64,000 nucleotides of DNA from Xylographa opegraphella. Its lineage: Eukaryota. The stretch is taken from positions 124,001-188,000 of the forward strand of contig JALDZX010000008.1 in the NCBI GenBank assembly GCA_022813865.1, read 5' to 3'. Below, piece after piece: positions 1-12,345 of the stretch (the stretch's first letter is position 1; each line of letters starts with the position of its first letter). The translations under genes and the position numbers were made by a program. The notes beneath the pieces are model-generated. The model ran no database searches. It saw only the letters and a program-made list of their open reading frames with translations, and had not been told where the DNA came from.

Positions 1-1
1 G

Positions 2-421
2 GCTCACACTCCCACTCCCGCAGGGCCTTCATCTGGTTCGATCATAGTCACTAAGTCGATCAGACACAACCCCGTACCGGTTGAACCATCGCTACAATTA
101 TCCATGGCAGACATCCTGTCTCAACAACAAACCGAGAAGGACATCATCAAAGAAGCGGCGGCAAAACGTAGCCTGCAGGAAATTCAAGAGGAGCAAGCAT
201 TCCAAGAATGGTGGAACCAAGAAGAAGCGGCCACTAAAGCGCGTTTGATCGAGGAGGAAGCCGCTGCAAAGACTACAGTGGGAAGTAACAGCAGGGGCGG
301 CAAGTCCGGAAGAGCAGGCCGGGGTCGTGGTAGGGGAGGATCGACCCGAGGAAGGGGCCGAGGCGGCCGCGGAGGGCGCGAAGGACACGACAGTGCTGCT
401 GGTTCAGCAACCGTTAGGTGA
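2..421 (+). CDS. 3' end (partial) of a BTB/ankyrin/RCC1-repeat protein (IBTK/btb1-like), RGG-rich tail
   Basis: Frame open from the window edge to TGA at 419-421. Reads EPSLQLSMADILSQQQTEKDIIKEAAAKRSLQEIQEEQAFQEWW, recalled as the conserved C-terminus of this fungal family, then RGRGRGG repeats. Confidence 0.65.
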   Translation, partial: AHTPTPAGPSSGSIIVTKSIRHNPVPVEPSLQLSMADILSQQQTEKDIIKEAAAKRSLQEIQEEQAFQEWWNQEEAATKARLIEEEAAAKTTVGSNSRGGKSGRAGRGRGRGGSTRGRGRGGRGGREGHDSAAGSATVR

Positions 422-730
422 ATAGAGTTGAAGTGGGCATTCCTCTTAGTGGTGGACTCATATACGTTGATTATAATACAGAGATATAGACTCCTTTTAC
501 ATCTGGTCTCTTAACAACCATGTCAGTTTTTCGGCTCGCCCATGCTTCCTCGCTACTCTTCCATGCCCGCTTTGAGAATTCATGGTGCCCGCCAGACTCC
601 GTTCAAGCGTTTCTCAGCAAGACGGCTTTCGTCGCTAGCTGCTATCCATCCGGGGCGTGCATAATACCGAGCATTCAACGTCCACTGCTCGACAGTCCTT
701 TGCAAAGCTTCCACCTTCTCCAGTGTTTCA

Positions 731-806
731 AGTAGTCTGTGGCAAGACCAGTAGTCTGTGGCAAGACCAGTAGTCTGTGGCAAGACCAGTAGTCTGTGGC
801 AAGACC
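731..806. repeat. Perfect minisatellite, 4 x 19 bp (AGTAGTCTGTGGCAAGACC)
   Basis: Identical units at 731, 750, 769 and 788 with no spacers. Confidence 0.97.
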
Positions 807-878
807 CCCGACTAAAAATCTACAACGTGATACACTCCCAAATTTAGTAATAATGAGTCCTCCATTGTATATAAATAA

Positions 879-2700
879 TCAATATAAACTACAGCTCTGC
901 GCGACACGGCTCCCTCGCGCCCCAGCATCCATCATGTGCTCGATATTGACCTTCGGCCCCTTGAACCATTTGTGCGCATCGATGGCGAATGAGAGGAGGT
1001 CGAAGCCCCTTGATAGTGAAATGCTCATCAGCCTGTCGCGCAACAAGGCTTCTGCATTGGCGGTAGTGGAGGCTATTTTATAAAGCCCAAACGCGCCAGT
1101 GATCTGCCTCAGTGTATGCAAACGTAGCTCCTGACCCCCGACAGCATCCCTTAACGACAGGCTGCGGGCCGATGTAGGATCTGAGCCGTGGGTGGAGGGC
1201 CCGAGAAGCCTGGAGTGTTCGCCAGCGCCGCTCGCTGGAATAATATAAGTGTGGTATATGCAGAAAGGCGATAGCAAGAGCGCCAAAAGACGCACGTGAG
1301 CCCAGCCAAATGATGACCCTATCACCCATATCAACACCACTCTGGCGAGAGGGACCCTGCCGTGTTAGGTCTGTTGCCGTCTCTCTGGAGATCATCGTTA
1401 CGAAGGCTATAGCTGCCTTGGCCGCTGTCCTGTGTATCTGCGTTGTGGAGTACTCCTCCCAGGGGGGATATAATAAGAGCTTCCGGTATTTTGTGTTCGG
1501 AAAGATATAAATTGCAAATTTGCTGGTCGGATCTATTTAGCTTCATGCACCATCGCCATTCTACGATGTGGCTGAGTTGGAACATGTATATTGATAAGCA
1601 GCGCTCTTCTTCCGTGCGGTCTTCTTCCGCGCTGGCTGGCGCTGCGACGCCCGGCTGCTGGAATGCGTTCCTAGTTGATTTTTTATATTGGGTGCTGTTG
1701 AGGCAATAATGTGAGATAGAGGCCGCGTTTCTGTGCAAAGACTGCTCTTCCTGAAACGGTGCTTACGAGACCTTCCTGTGAGAGGGATGTTCATATCCTA
1801 ATGGAAGAATGCAAGAGGATCTGTAAATCGGATCAAGGTAGCCGCAGTCCATAGCGGTTCCAATATTCGCAGAACAATTCAATGCAGTTTTGTCCTCTCA
1901 CGAACCGAGTGGTTCGATCCTGTCGTTCTCGACTGCAATACCTCCATTGTGGCACGGGGACTAGGCATAATGCCGTCCACGTAACAGCGAGCACAGATGA
2001 TGGTGTTCTCGGTTTAAGAGTCGACAGAGCTCCAGCTGAAAAGCGACGAATCATAACAGCAGGCTCTCGAAGCCGTTGTGTCCGCATTCCGTTCTCGCAT
2101 GGATGCAACAACTTAAGCATTGCCTGCGTTTGGGGATCGGCGGTGCACGATACTGTTCGAGTTTAGTTTCCAACCTCCTGGGTTTCGTATACAGGTCATG
2201 GAGGCTATCCATCGTAGCGTACATCACACCTTCGTATCGTCTGGTTCCAGCACAGTAGGTACAAAAAAGAGAAAAGCGTTTGGCTATATATTCAATCCCG
2301 TGTATTTTCCTGAAAATGATATAGAGAAAATAACCATGGGCGTCAATGTAGGCTCCGCAGATGCGCCGGATCTTTTCGGAGAGTGATACGAGTCTGGCAT
2401 TGTATATAGTACCGGCTGGTGGGTTGCGATAGCCCACAACTGCTACATTGAAGGTTTTCTGGCCTCGGTGAGTGACTTACCATGAGCCGGTCTCTGTCGT
2501 CGCTGTGGACCATCCACTGGTAGAAGAAGGATACACAGTTCGGTACTGTAATATAGGTGCAACTCTGCACGGCAGTGATTCTGCTGAAGTGTGGTGAGAT
2601 AGCGCCCAAACACATAACGATTCGAAAAAATATATCAGTCTTTTCCTCGATAGAACACAATCCGTGTAACGCCGTCTCTTTTGAGTTTCCAATCTCTACT
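879..2700 (-). pseudogene. Probable decayed HET-domain (heterokaryon incompatibility) gene
   Basis: Fragmented minus-strand ORFs keep HET-like remnants in the expected order but in different frames: LLCWNQ (cf. LCINQxD), MDSLHDLY (cf. M..IY) and EYWNR(L)WT (cf. YWxRxWTxQE; needs one base restored near 1851). Boundaries approximate. Confidence 0.3.
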
Positions 2701-4747
2701 GTTACACATAAACAGTATATCCTCCTGCGTCAAATCTCTCGTAAGATGATGGCAGGCGCTCGAACTGCTTGTTACATACGATCGGCAGGACTCTGATTTT
2801 CAAAGACAACTCCTCGACCCCATCCCTCTATCGAAGCCGCGACAGTGCTATCGTGTCAGAGGTTGATTCCGATAAGTGCCAAAGCCGTAGCTAGGGGTCC
2901 GTCCGACCTGCGGACTTGAAGCGAAACAACGTGCTGGTTCTAACGCTGAAATGGGCAATAAGTACGGATCTGTATTGATCCTGAATTCCTGATAAGTACG
3001 AACTGTGTAGCGCAGCTGCATTGAAGGCGTCACATTCGCCCCGGCCCAGCCCTTGCGTTCCATCAAAGTCCACAAGCCCGCTGCCGTTTCGTAGACACCA
3101 CTCCATTGCAACTTCATTCCAATACCCGGGGATCGTGAATTTACTCGAAGCCACTATATTCCAGCGGAACCCGGCAGCGTCTGCTACTGCTATGCGCGTA
3201 CAGTAAACTAGCGGGAATATATTTCGTGGGACATGTATACTGCGCATGCACAGTTTCCCATCGACAATAAGGGTTTTGCTATCTCTCAACCAACTCTCAG
3301 ATTACTGGTATAGTATGGTTGGGTGGACTCTCTCTCTAGGGGACACTCCAACTTGACGCGCTTGAGTGCTGCATCCACAAGCAAAACGATGCGGACGCAA
3401 TAACGACGCTTTCGATGCTGGATCATGCCTTCCGCGTTCTCAATTGTGTTTCGGATAACGTCGGCTCAAGGCACCACCGTCGTCCGCAACGAGCCTTTCT
3501 ACGTCTCCTCGAACAGCGTGTCCCACGTCTGATGCAGTGGGACTGCAGACGGCGTAATTCGCTCGTCAGCGTTTGGTGCCGGTTTCCATCTCATTCTACT
3601 CGTCTGCACGGAGTCCTTTGTTATGTATATATGCGTACAATTGCTATAATTATTCATAAAAAAAATAATAGAGTGCTGCGAACTCAATCCGACTCAGAGC
3701 CACACGAAGCAATACCAAGACGAATCACGGGTTCCACAAGTTATAGCCACGCAGGCAGACCCGACAAGCAGCACAGGGATCAAGTCAATACGAAGCGCGA
3801 AGAGGCCAACAAAGATAAGAGGTGAATTGATCAGAACAATGGCTATCCAGTGGCGTCATGAAATCGACTCGGACAATGGTGATGGAAAGTGGAAAGGGTT
3901 AGAGGCCAATTGGATATTCTTGCCAGTATTGTCGTTGAAATGATGTAGTCGCAACAAGAAAAAGACATCGTATCCGTATCGGTGAGATACAATAGCACGT
4001 GGTGAAACGAGGTACTGGCACATAATCATACAATAGCATCTAGAATAGCACAAGTTTCATAGATAGTACCATGTTCATATATACTGACAAGAAATCAAGA
4101 AAGAAAGCAGTGCGCAACGACAGAACCAAGAGCAATGATATTGGTTCAATGTAAATATGACTGAGATATTGACATCCATGATATCCGAAGCAGCTGGATC
4201 ATTTCATATAAGACGACTTCCAGGTCCGTTGACCCAGATTCCGTTCAGACATGGTCCTCCCGTAGTCTCATATCTCGAGACGGAAATCCCCTTCTTCTGA
4301 GCTCTTGTAACATCAAAGTGTTTGAAAGATCCTTGTGGTCAATGCTGCAATGTCGAAATCAAGATGAGACCACGGCGTCCACAGTCAGACAATAGTGAGA
4401 CAGTGGTGAGACATGGTAGAAGCTCTAAAATGATACATTCAAATTGCAAATTGCTGTATTTGAAAAAGGAACTGGCTTTATTGGAGACAATACTGGAGTC
4501 GTAGCTATCTTGTCGGCTGGAGACTCGATCGGAGATGCATTGAAGGGTAAACAAAATTACTAGGATAGCCGACGAAAGAAAGCGGCATTCCAAATCACGT
4601 TGGAACATTTCGGCCCCTTTGAGGAACTTGTAGTCATCAAGACTGGAAGAGGTAGCAGCATTAATGAAGTTGGAAGGAAACACCAAGGATGAGAAGATTG
4701 TGGAAGGGGAAACGTGAAGACGGAGAAGCACCGACACCGGAGCTGAT

Positions 4748-5894
4748 TCACAGGCCTATTTTTCTTCCAACAGTGTCCGCAATCTTCACAAAGGCTTGGC
4801 CACGCGGACTCGCGGGCTCCGAGACAACAGTGGGCTTACCTCGGTCCGCATCGTCACATATGCTGGCATGTAAAGGGATATCTCCCAGAAAATCGATGCT
4901 ATGCTTCGAGCATTCACGCAACACCCCCTCGGAACCAAAGATGTGGGTACTGTGGTTGCATTGCGGACAAGTGAAAACCGACATGTTCTGAATCATACCC
5001 AAAATCTATGGTGAATCAGCACTCATAAAACTTCAAGGCACAAAGTACTTCATACTGGCACGTCAACTTTCCGAAACATGGCAACTCCCTTGACCGCGTC
5101 CTTCAGAGCGATATCTTGCGGCGTAGACACGATCACGGTCCCTGAGACGCGATTAACTAGAGTTTGAGTAGCTTTTGCATACAGCGACACTTACCATCAA
5201 GCTTGATCTGTTGCGTTATAGTCAACTGCGTATCGCCTGTGCCCGGCGGCAGGTCCAGAACCAAGACATCCAGACCACCCCAGTCAACGTCGTGCAAAAG
5301 TTGCTGTAGCGCTTTCATGACCATCAAGCCTCGCCAGACTACGGGAGCGTCCTCATTGACAAGAAAGCCCATAGACATCGCTTTGACGCCATAGTTGGTA
5401 AGCGGTATCAGCTGATTGTCTACGAGAAGCAGTATCTTAAATCAGCTTTGCTTTCTAAATAAGCAAATAGTAGCATAGCATACTTTCCGACAGCCGAGGT
5501 TCACCGGAGAGATTCAGCAATGTTGGGATTGATGGACCAAAGATGTCGGTATCCAGAATTCCTGCTCGACGGCCTTGACGGCTGAATGCCAAAGCGAGGT
5601 TCACTGGATCGCCGTCAATACTGCGTGAAGTGCGAAGAAGGATGGCAGACCGACCTGCAATGGTGGATTTACCGACGCCGCCTTTGGCAGAGGAAACAGC
5701 GATTACTTTCCCAACATTGCGTATGTTGCGCTTTTCCGGCAAACCTCTCATCCGCCGCGGAAGCTCTGGAGGGGCTCCAGATCGGGGAAGACCCTACCGC
5801 GCATTTAGATATATTATACTCACCTTGAGGATGAGCTTACCAGCGGATTTTCATGCTGCAAGAATCTCAGAGAAGAGAAGAAACGTGAGGACAT
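4748..5894 (-). CDS. IND1: Mitochondrial Mrp/NBP35-family P-loop NTPase (Fe-S cluster assembly for complex I), multi-exon
   Basis: Exon 1 (5894-5841) [18 protein letters not shown] splices via GTAAGC...TAG to GLPRSG. Later motifs: [45 protein letters not shown] and CPQC. Stop at 4748-4750. Confidence 0.93.
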
Positions 5895-6129
5895 TGGATT
5901 ACTTTCACATTATCTGCTACGACGAAGCAATTCCCAGGGATTATTCTAGTTAACTAGTGCTATTAATGACTAAGCTACAAAGGCCTCGAAGCCCCTTTCC
6001 ATCGGACAGTCCCCACAATCTTCAGCCTCTCGTGGAGAGGGCCTGCATGCTCGATGAATCCGATGGATGAAGCTCTACATTTCTATTCCTCACAAAGCAC
6101 TACTTGGCAATCGCTGATACTTCTTCTCG

Positions 6130-8482
6130 TTACTTCTTCTTGTTCAACAAATGTGCTCGGAGCCTGAGGACAGAGGTTGCATGATCGACAGACAGGGGCT
6201 CTCGCTTCCGCGCGGCCAGCATCTGTGCTGTTTTGACAGCGCTCTTGATTTGACGTCCATTGAGCGGAATGCTGGCCAGAGTGTCGAAATCGTTCCCGTC
6301 AATCTCCCGCTTCTCCTCGGGAAGGCGCATGACGAAGTTTTGCCATATCTGTCGACGCGAGGCAATGGAAAGCTCTTCGTAGTTTAAAGCTACGTCAATA
6401 CGAGACTCGAAAGCCGGATCGATGGCATCGACACGATTGGTTGTCAGGAACATGATGCCTTGATAATATTCCAGGAGGCGCAGGAAAACTAGTGGAAACA
6501 GATCGTTAGTCTCGGGCGATCAGGTCACAGCAGAAACAACGTACTCGACACCATGGCATTCCTGTCAAGATCAGAGGCGCTACGCGTTTCCAGAAGAACA
6601 TCGGCCTCGTCAATGAGCAGCACGGCCTTCCACATGGTGCACCTGTCCAACACATCCTTGAGTGCTCTCTCAATTTCGAAGTTCGCAGTCCCAAGCTCAC
6701 CGGCTGACATGACATACAGCGGGACTCGCATCGTCTCCGCGACTGATTCCGCAGTCAGCGTTTTCCCTACTCCAGCGGGTCCGTATAAAAGCAAAACTAT
6801 TCCCTTGCCCTTCCCCTGTATGAAGTCATCGAAGTTCGAATCTGGATTCGCCTGGCCTTCAGCAAATGCGAGCAAGAGATCCTTCTCTCTGTTAGGTAGG
6901 ACTAAGCTGTCAAACGCAACATCGTTCCAGGGGATATCTTCTATATCATCAACATTAAATCTCGCCCACTGCTTTCTCTTGAGCAGGAATCCTTGTACGC
7001 GAGGAACACATAATAGAAGCTGGTCTTCGGTGAGTGGCGGCCCACGATAGCTCTCCGTACGTTGCTTATTGACGCGATTAGTTTCATTGATGGGGACTAC
7101 TGTTTCTTTGAAAGTGCGAGATCGAGATGTGGCGAAAGTATGATGACTTGACCCATGCGCGGATGGTGGAACTGATTCTGGAAGCTCATTTTGGTTCCGC
7201 TGTCTCGCACGTCGGAATGAACTATCCACCAAATCGATGTCGAGTGGCATCAACTGTGCATCACCTTCACCCGTGAATTGGTTATGTGCAAGGGTGTCGA
7301 TGATAATGCGCTCAGCCACATTGGCTCTTTGATTCTCGGTGCCCCATTCCTGATCAAACATGGTAACAGAACCCTTGTATGCTTTGATGTTGTATCCTCG
7401 CAATTGCTCAAACTTCCTTCCCCTTCTGATCAGTCTTTCCTTGATGTTAAGCTTGTCGGTACACATCTCAAGCGGCATTGCCACAAGATCTTTTGTCTTC
7501 ATTGTCCCTCGATAATTATCAATAAGGATATCACTGGCTCCAAATCCAAAGACATGGCCATCGAAGTCAACGTTTTCGGACAGTAGTTCAAAGTACCTTT
7601 TGCCTTGCGAAGTGACGTAGGAAGCTTCGTTAAGCCGTGTGATACACTCTTGTCCATCAACAACCCTGTACACCAAATCGCCCGGAGTAAAGATGAGCCA
7701 CGACGACTCAAATGTGACGACGCCATGTGTACGACATTCCCGAAGAATGTTGCGAGATTTTGCGAATTCGGGTTCAAGGATGTCGATCAATATCTTCAGG
7801 TGCTTTCTGGCTTCAGTGCTTGATTCATCTCTGCTAGCCTTAAGAAGTGAATCCCAACGGTGAAAGAGCGGTTCGAATGGTGCATCGAAGGTAACATTGT
7901 CGAGCTCAGGAGAGACTCCAGGGTAACCTTTGAGAACCTTTTGCAGCGATGATTTGATCAGGGGGCTCTGTACAGTTATCGAATGCATCACGAATGGATC
8001 TTCTCCACCGTGCCCGTTCCGCTGCCGGATGAGGACGGCGGCATCCCCGTGAACATTGTTGGTCATCACCTTGGCCAAGTCGACTTAACTGCGTTCTTGC
8101 TCACCCAATTGATACAACACATACACTTCTCCGGACCCTCGTACAGAGACACGGCCTTGCACGCCATACCTTCCTCGACCATTATTTTCATCTTCGGCAG
8201 CGAAGTTTCACCAGACTTGGCCCCAAGGGTGGTATGAGGCAAGGGTACCATCGCACCAGTACTTGTCTTTGGAGAATCCACCACTACGACGGTCTCATGC
8301 ACGGATTTCTTCGATTACAAACCGTCTGATTGCAAGGCTTCCTCTGATATAGTAGCATAAGTACTGGGCTTGGGTTCAGGATCGACAATCTCAACCTCGG
8401 AATCATCGTTGCTCCAGTCCAGGGACAAATCTACACGACCGTCAATAGCAGACACATCTTGGTTAGGTTTCGCTGGGACCAT
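6130..8482 (-). CDS. Fungal AAA+ ATPase with long N-terminal domain; 5' part disrupted (possible pseudogene or N-truncated allele)
   Basis: Walker A GPAGVGKT, Walker B LLIDEAD, and FLRLLEYYQGIMFLTTNR after one intron (~6546-6489). The upstream family motif LYEGPEKCMCCINWV is out of frame with the main ORF (shift near 8085), and there is an in-frame TAA at 8315-8317. Start codon uncertain. Confidence 0.85.
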
Positions 8483-8809
8483 GGTGTCACGACTTCGATG
8501 CGGTCGATGATCAATTAACAGTAGTTCTTCCGAGGATACTTCGTTTTTGAGCAGGATTCGTGAAATACTCATGATCTGGGGCAAGGTGGGGAGCATGGGC
8601 TTAGATATATGCACATTAATACCATAGATTCAAGCGACCAACCAGTCATTTTGATGCATGCAGCAACAGGCAGCAGCGTGCCCGAAGGATTCCAGGGCGA
8701 CCATTCACCGGCAGCGAAGATTCAGCTCTCATACGGTTCTCAGCTAGCCTTGGCATTGCTGGCAACGGCGTGCGAACACACGAAAGCGATTTGCTACAGA
8801 AGCAGCGCA

Positions 8810-8847
8810 TTTCATGCCATCTTTCATGCCATCTTTCATGCCATCTT
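8810..8847. repeat. Tandem repeat, 3 x 12 bp (TTTCATGCCATC)
   Basis: Three identical units upstream of the AAA gene. Confidence 0.9.
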
Positions 8848-10943
8848 GTACAGAGGCACTCGCCACCGAGTGACACGCCGTACAGCGTAGGCATCAGGAC
8901 ATCTCGCTGGACTCAGTACTCGGCATCAAGAGCATCTCCCCGACGCCTACTTACCGCCATACTGAGGAGTGAAGCATGAAGAGAGGAAGCTTTGTTTGCC
9001 CCGCACTTGGCGGCCTCAGGCAGCGACGACATGACAGTATCCCGAAAATGCGGTGAGTGACTAAGAAAGACGTTGCAAAACGGATGCCAGGCTGTCCTGA
9101 GCTCTGTCCCACCTTTCATAACGTTAAGTAAAACCGAGGTCCTCGTCGGAGTGACTGGTCTGCCAATATTGATGGCTTCAGACGGTCGGTTACATGAAAG
9201 GCAGCCAGTCAAGCAAACTCGAGGTGGTGCTGGGCTCCCAGTCATCTCCAGACCATGATTTGGTGGCCTAGGCCAGAGGCTCGAAGAGTGAAATAGAGGT
9301 GGGATTCTGAATCCTGCGCGGCCGTCGACCTTTGCGGTGTCGCCGTCGAACCTTTGTTTCCTGTCTGCATCCATGAACGGGGACAAAGGCGCTGCGAAAG
9401 GCAGCAGAGGTGGTGTGACAGAATGATGGCAGGTAGCAGAGATGTTCATAGGCACGACGCTATCAGAACTTGGGATCGGTCTTACGAGAGGAAACACAAT
9501 GCAGGGAGGGTGTGCAAAGAACTCGAGAAACGCGCGATAGCCTGGGGGTTGGATGTAGAACTGGTGATCAGTCTGGGACTCTAGCCACGATAAGAGGGTG
9601 CTACCGAGTAGGTGTATGCGGTCCGCATGAGCATGGATGGGAATGGAAGGGAACTCGCGTGACGAGGTGTTCATAGCATACGACACAATGATAACAACCG
9701 TTGGGTAACAAGTATCATCCCAGCGGATCTTGACCTGCGGTGGTATTGGGCTGCACCCTCCGCCCGAGTTGATTCATGACCAGAGAGCAGCGACTATGCA
9801 CAGACGTCGAGTGTACTTGTCCATTCTCGGTGATAGATTCACGTTCGAGTATGAGAAATCGACATCGACGGTGACTTGACTCAATCTCTCGTCTTGAGGC
9901 CTCAGAGCGAGAGTTGTGCTTCTCCGGTGTATCGTTCTTGCGCATGCCACCTCAAGCACACACTGATCGCGGGAGGTCTGCTGTAGCTAGACTTCCAGAA
10001 GTCGTCCACAATGTTCCTTCGGAGAACAGTCTGCAATCCGGTTCTAAGCATATCGGACGCAGGTGAGCATGCGGAAGGTGGCGACGCAACCTTGAACTAG
10101 GTAATGTTCCACGGCCTGCGGGAATGCATGATAAGGTTGCATCACATCATGGTGAGGCACCGCAGAATTACGCATCCGTTTGTGTGACATCCGCCGGCAT
10201 ATGCTATCGATTGCAAACCAGACGTCGTGATAAGTGGTCGATCACGATGGTTCGTGCCTTGGATATGATCCATGCTGGAAAAGCGCACAGTGTACACGTC
10301 TTTCTCGAGCTGGCCACGAGCGACGAAGCAGTGTGGTATGAGGATCATGCACGTTGATTGCCAGATCCCAGTAGTTGAGGTCTGGTCCTATGGACCCTTC
10401 GGTCTGCTGGGCTTGAACGTTGTCGCCGTGAAATGTCATGCCCGGTTTGGAGAAATTACATGGCTACCAAAACCAAGGTTTTTTGTGCCTCAAGTTGATT
10501 GTGCGGACAGTTTTGAGTTTGTCAGAAAGCACGGCAGCAACAAGCTTAAGGTACTTCGTAAGCGTAGGATCTGTTCAATCCCCGCGTGCTGGCTCGTCCC
10601 CCTGACGGCTCTGAACTGCCATGTAAGCCCGGTAACGGTAACCCACTGGATCCCGGTCAGCCGCGACGCTTGGGATACTTGTGACTGTCTCTCAGCGTCG
10701 TTCCTGTCTGGATCAGGGTTCATTGAATCCGACAGGATTCGGCTTACGAATGCATTCACTAAAGGATCAAACGTGCAAATCAAGGGCCCGACCCGGACTG
10801 AGTGGTGAGATCCCAGTGTCAGGAAGTTTCATGCTTGCGATCGTCGTCGAAGGTCAATCAAGGATGCCGACCACTCTTTCGCAATGTGCTGTCGCATTCC
10901 GCCGTGGGGATTGGTCGACGTTGCAAGCTTCCATCAGGGTCTC

Positions 10944-11078
10944 TCTAAGGTAGATAGATACCTTAGACCAAGGTACTGAGTAAGGTAACGTAGCTCGGCG
11001 AGCTCGGGTAGGTACCTACCTTAGGTAACTTACCTTAGCTTGCAAGCGAGCTCTACACAGTTAGGTAAGTTAAGGTAG
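10944..11078. promoter_or_regulatory. Cluster of AGGTA/TACCT palindromes and inverted repeats in a long divergent intergenic region
   Basis: TCTAAGGTA-N6-TACCTTAGA (10944-10967), GGTAGGTACCTACC (11007-11020), AGGTAA-C-TTACCT (11023-11035), GCTTGCAAGC (11038-11047). The repeats are seen directly; a regulatory role is inferred. Confidence 0.45.
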
Positions 11079-12345
11079 TCGTCGGGCCCGTCTCCGCCCC
11101 CGCCCCCACCCTTGCCTCCGCGAGCTCGCCAGGCGCCCCAGGCCGTTAGGAAGTAACGACCTGCAACGCTGCTGGCGGGAGTCTCCCAGACGCTCGTGAC
11201 TCAGAAGCAACAGACATGGTTTCGGATATCACCGAGCACATCGATTATTGAATCACACTCGCGGCGGTTTTCTGGATAATTGGACGAGCACTATCGCAAG
11301 CAGATATGGACCACTTCGCAGTGCTAGTGAGCAGACGGATAAGGTAGGTACGAAGTAGGGCAGGGAGGAAGAGAGTTTCAGGGTCGGTGCTACGCCGCAG
11401 AACATTGGTGGTGTTGTGAAGCGTGGGATGTTGCAGCGTGAGGATGATGCTTACCTCAACTCAAGGTACCTTCATCTGCATCGCACTAGCAAAGCTTGCC
11501 AAGACGCTAACTCCCGCCCCACGAAGTCCGCAATGGGCTGTAATCAAGGCTTTTGATGTGTCTAGGAGAATAAAGGAATCCGTGGTGTTGGTCTGCCAAA
11601 CCACACGTGCTGTTCCTCGGAAAGTATGCAGACGCCCCCCGAGCACTGGCGTTCAGAGCATAAGCACTGCTGCAGGTCAAAGGCTCCGGCCACGGCCCTG
11701 GAGGCGTGCGAGGCACGGTACATCGCGAGGCGCTGCGCTAGATTGCAGTGACCACTCAGCGCACACTTCCAACTGGACCTCACGCCCATGATGATGTCAA
11801 GAGCTGCGACAGACACGACATTCCTCTTCCCTTGGCGGTGAGGTGTGTCGGGTAGGACGACCTGGAGCCTGGGGGGTGGTGTTGAGCTCGGGCAATCCAT
11901 GCTGGATCGCTCTCGACAGGAGTGGCCCGGGGTGGTGAACCCAGAGCATGGTCCTAGAGCAACAGAGGTTCAGTGCTCGCTCAGCCAATGCTGCTTATAT
12001 GCCCCCCGCATGGTGCTGCTTCTTCCTCTACGGGCAGCGTAGGCTATCATCGTCCTCATCGTCTCCATCGTCAAAAGTCGACCTGTGACATCTGGTGCAA
12101 AAATGTAAAGAGCGTCCGTATAGGTCCCCTCACTGCGGCTTTGTATTTCTTTCTTGTGCAGGTGAGGTCACAATATCCATATCCGGCGTTGTCGGACATG
12201 AGCCATATCTTCTTCGTTCGCCCATGACAGAAGCCGCTCGAAATACGAAGGACTCGACCATCTAGGAGCTGTTGCAGTGTCTCGCTTGTCACCTCTCACT
12301 ATCGTCACGCTCATGTTTGCGTCCATCTCCCGGTCCGTTGCTGCG

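Noticed and set aside
731..806. CRISPR-like array
   Set aside because: Units are contiguous with no spacers, there are no cas genes, and the context is eukaryotic.
1901..1930. tRNA T-loop-like GGTTCGATCC (also near 57911)
   Set aside because: No T-stem pairing, acceptor stem or D-arm.
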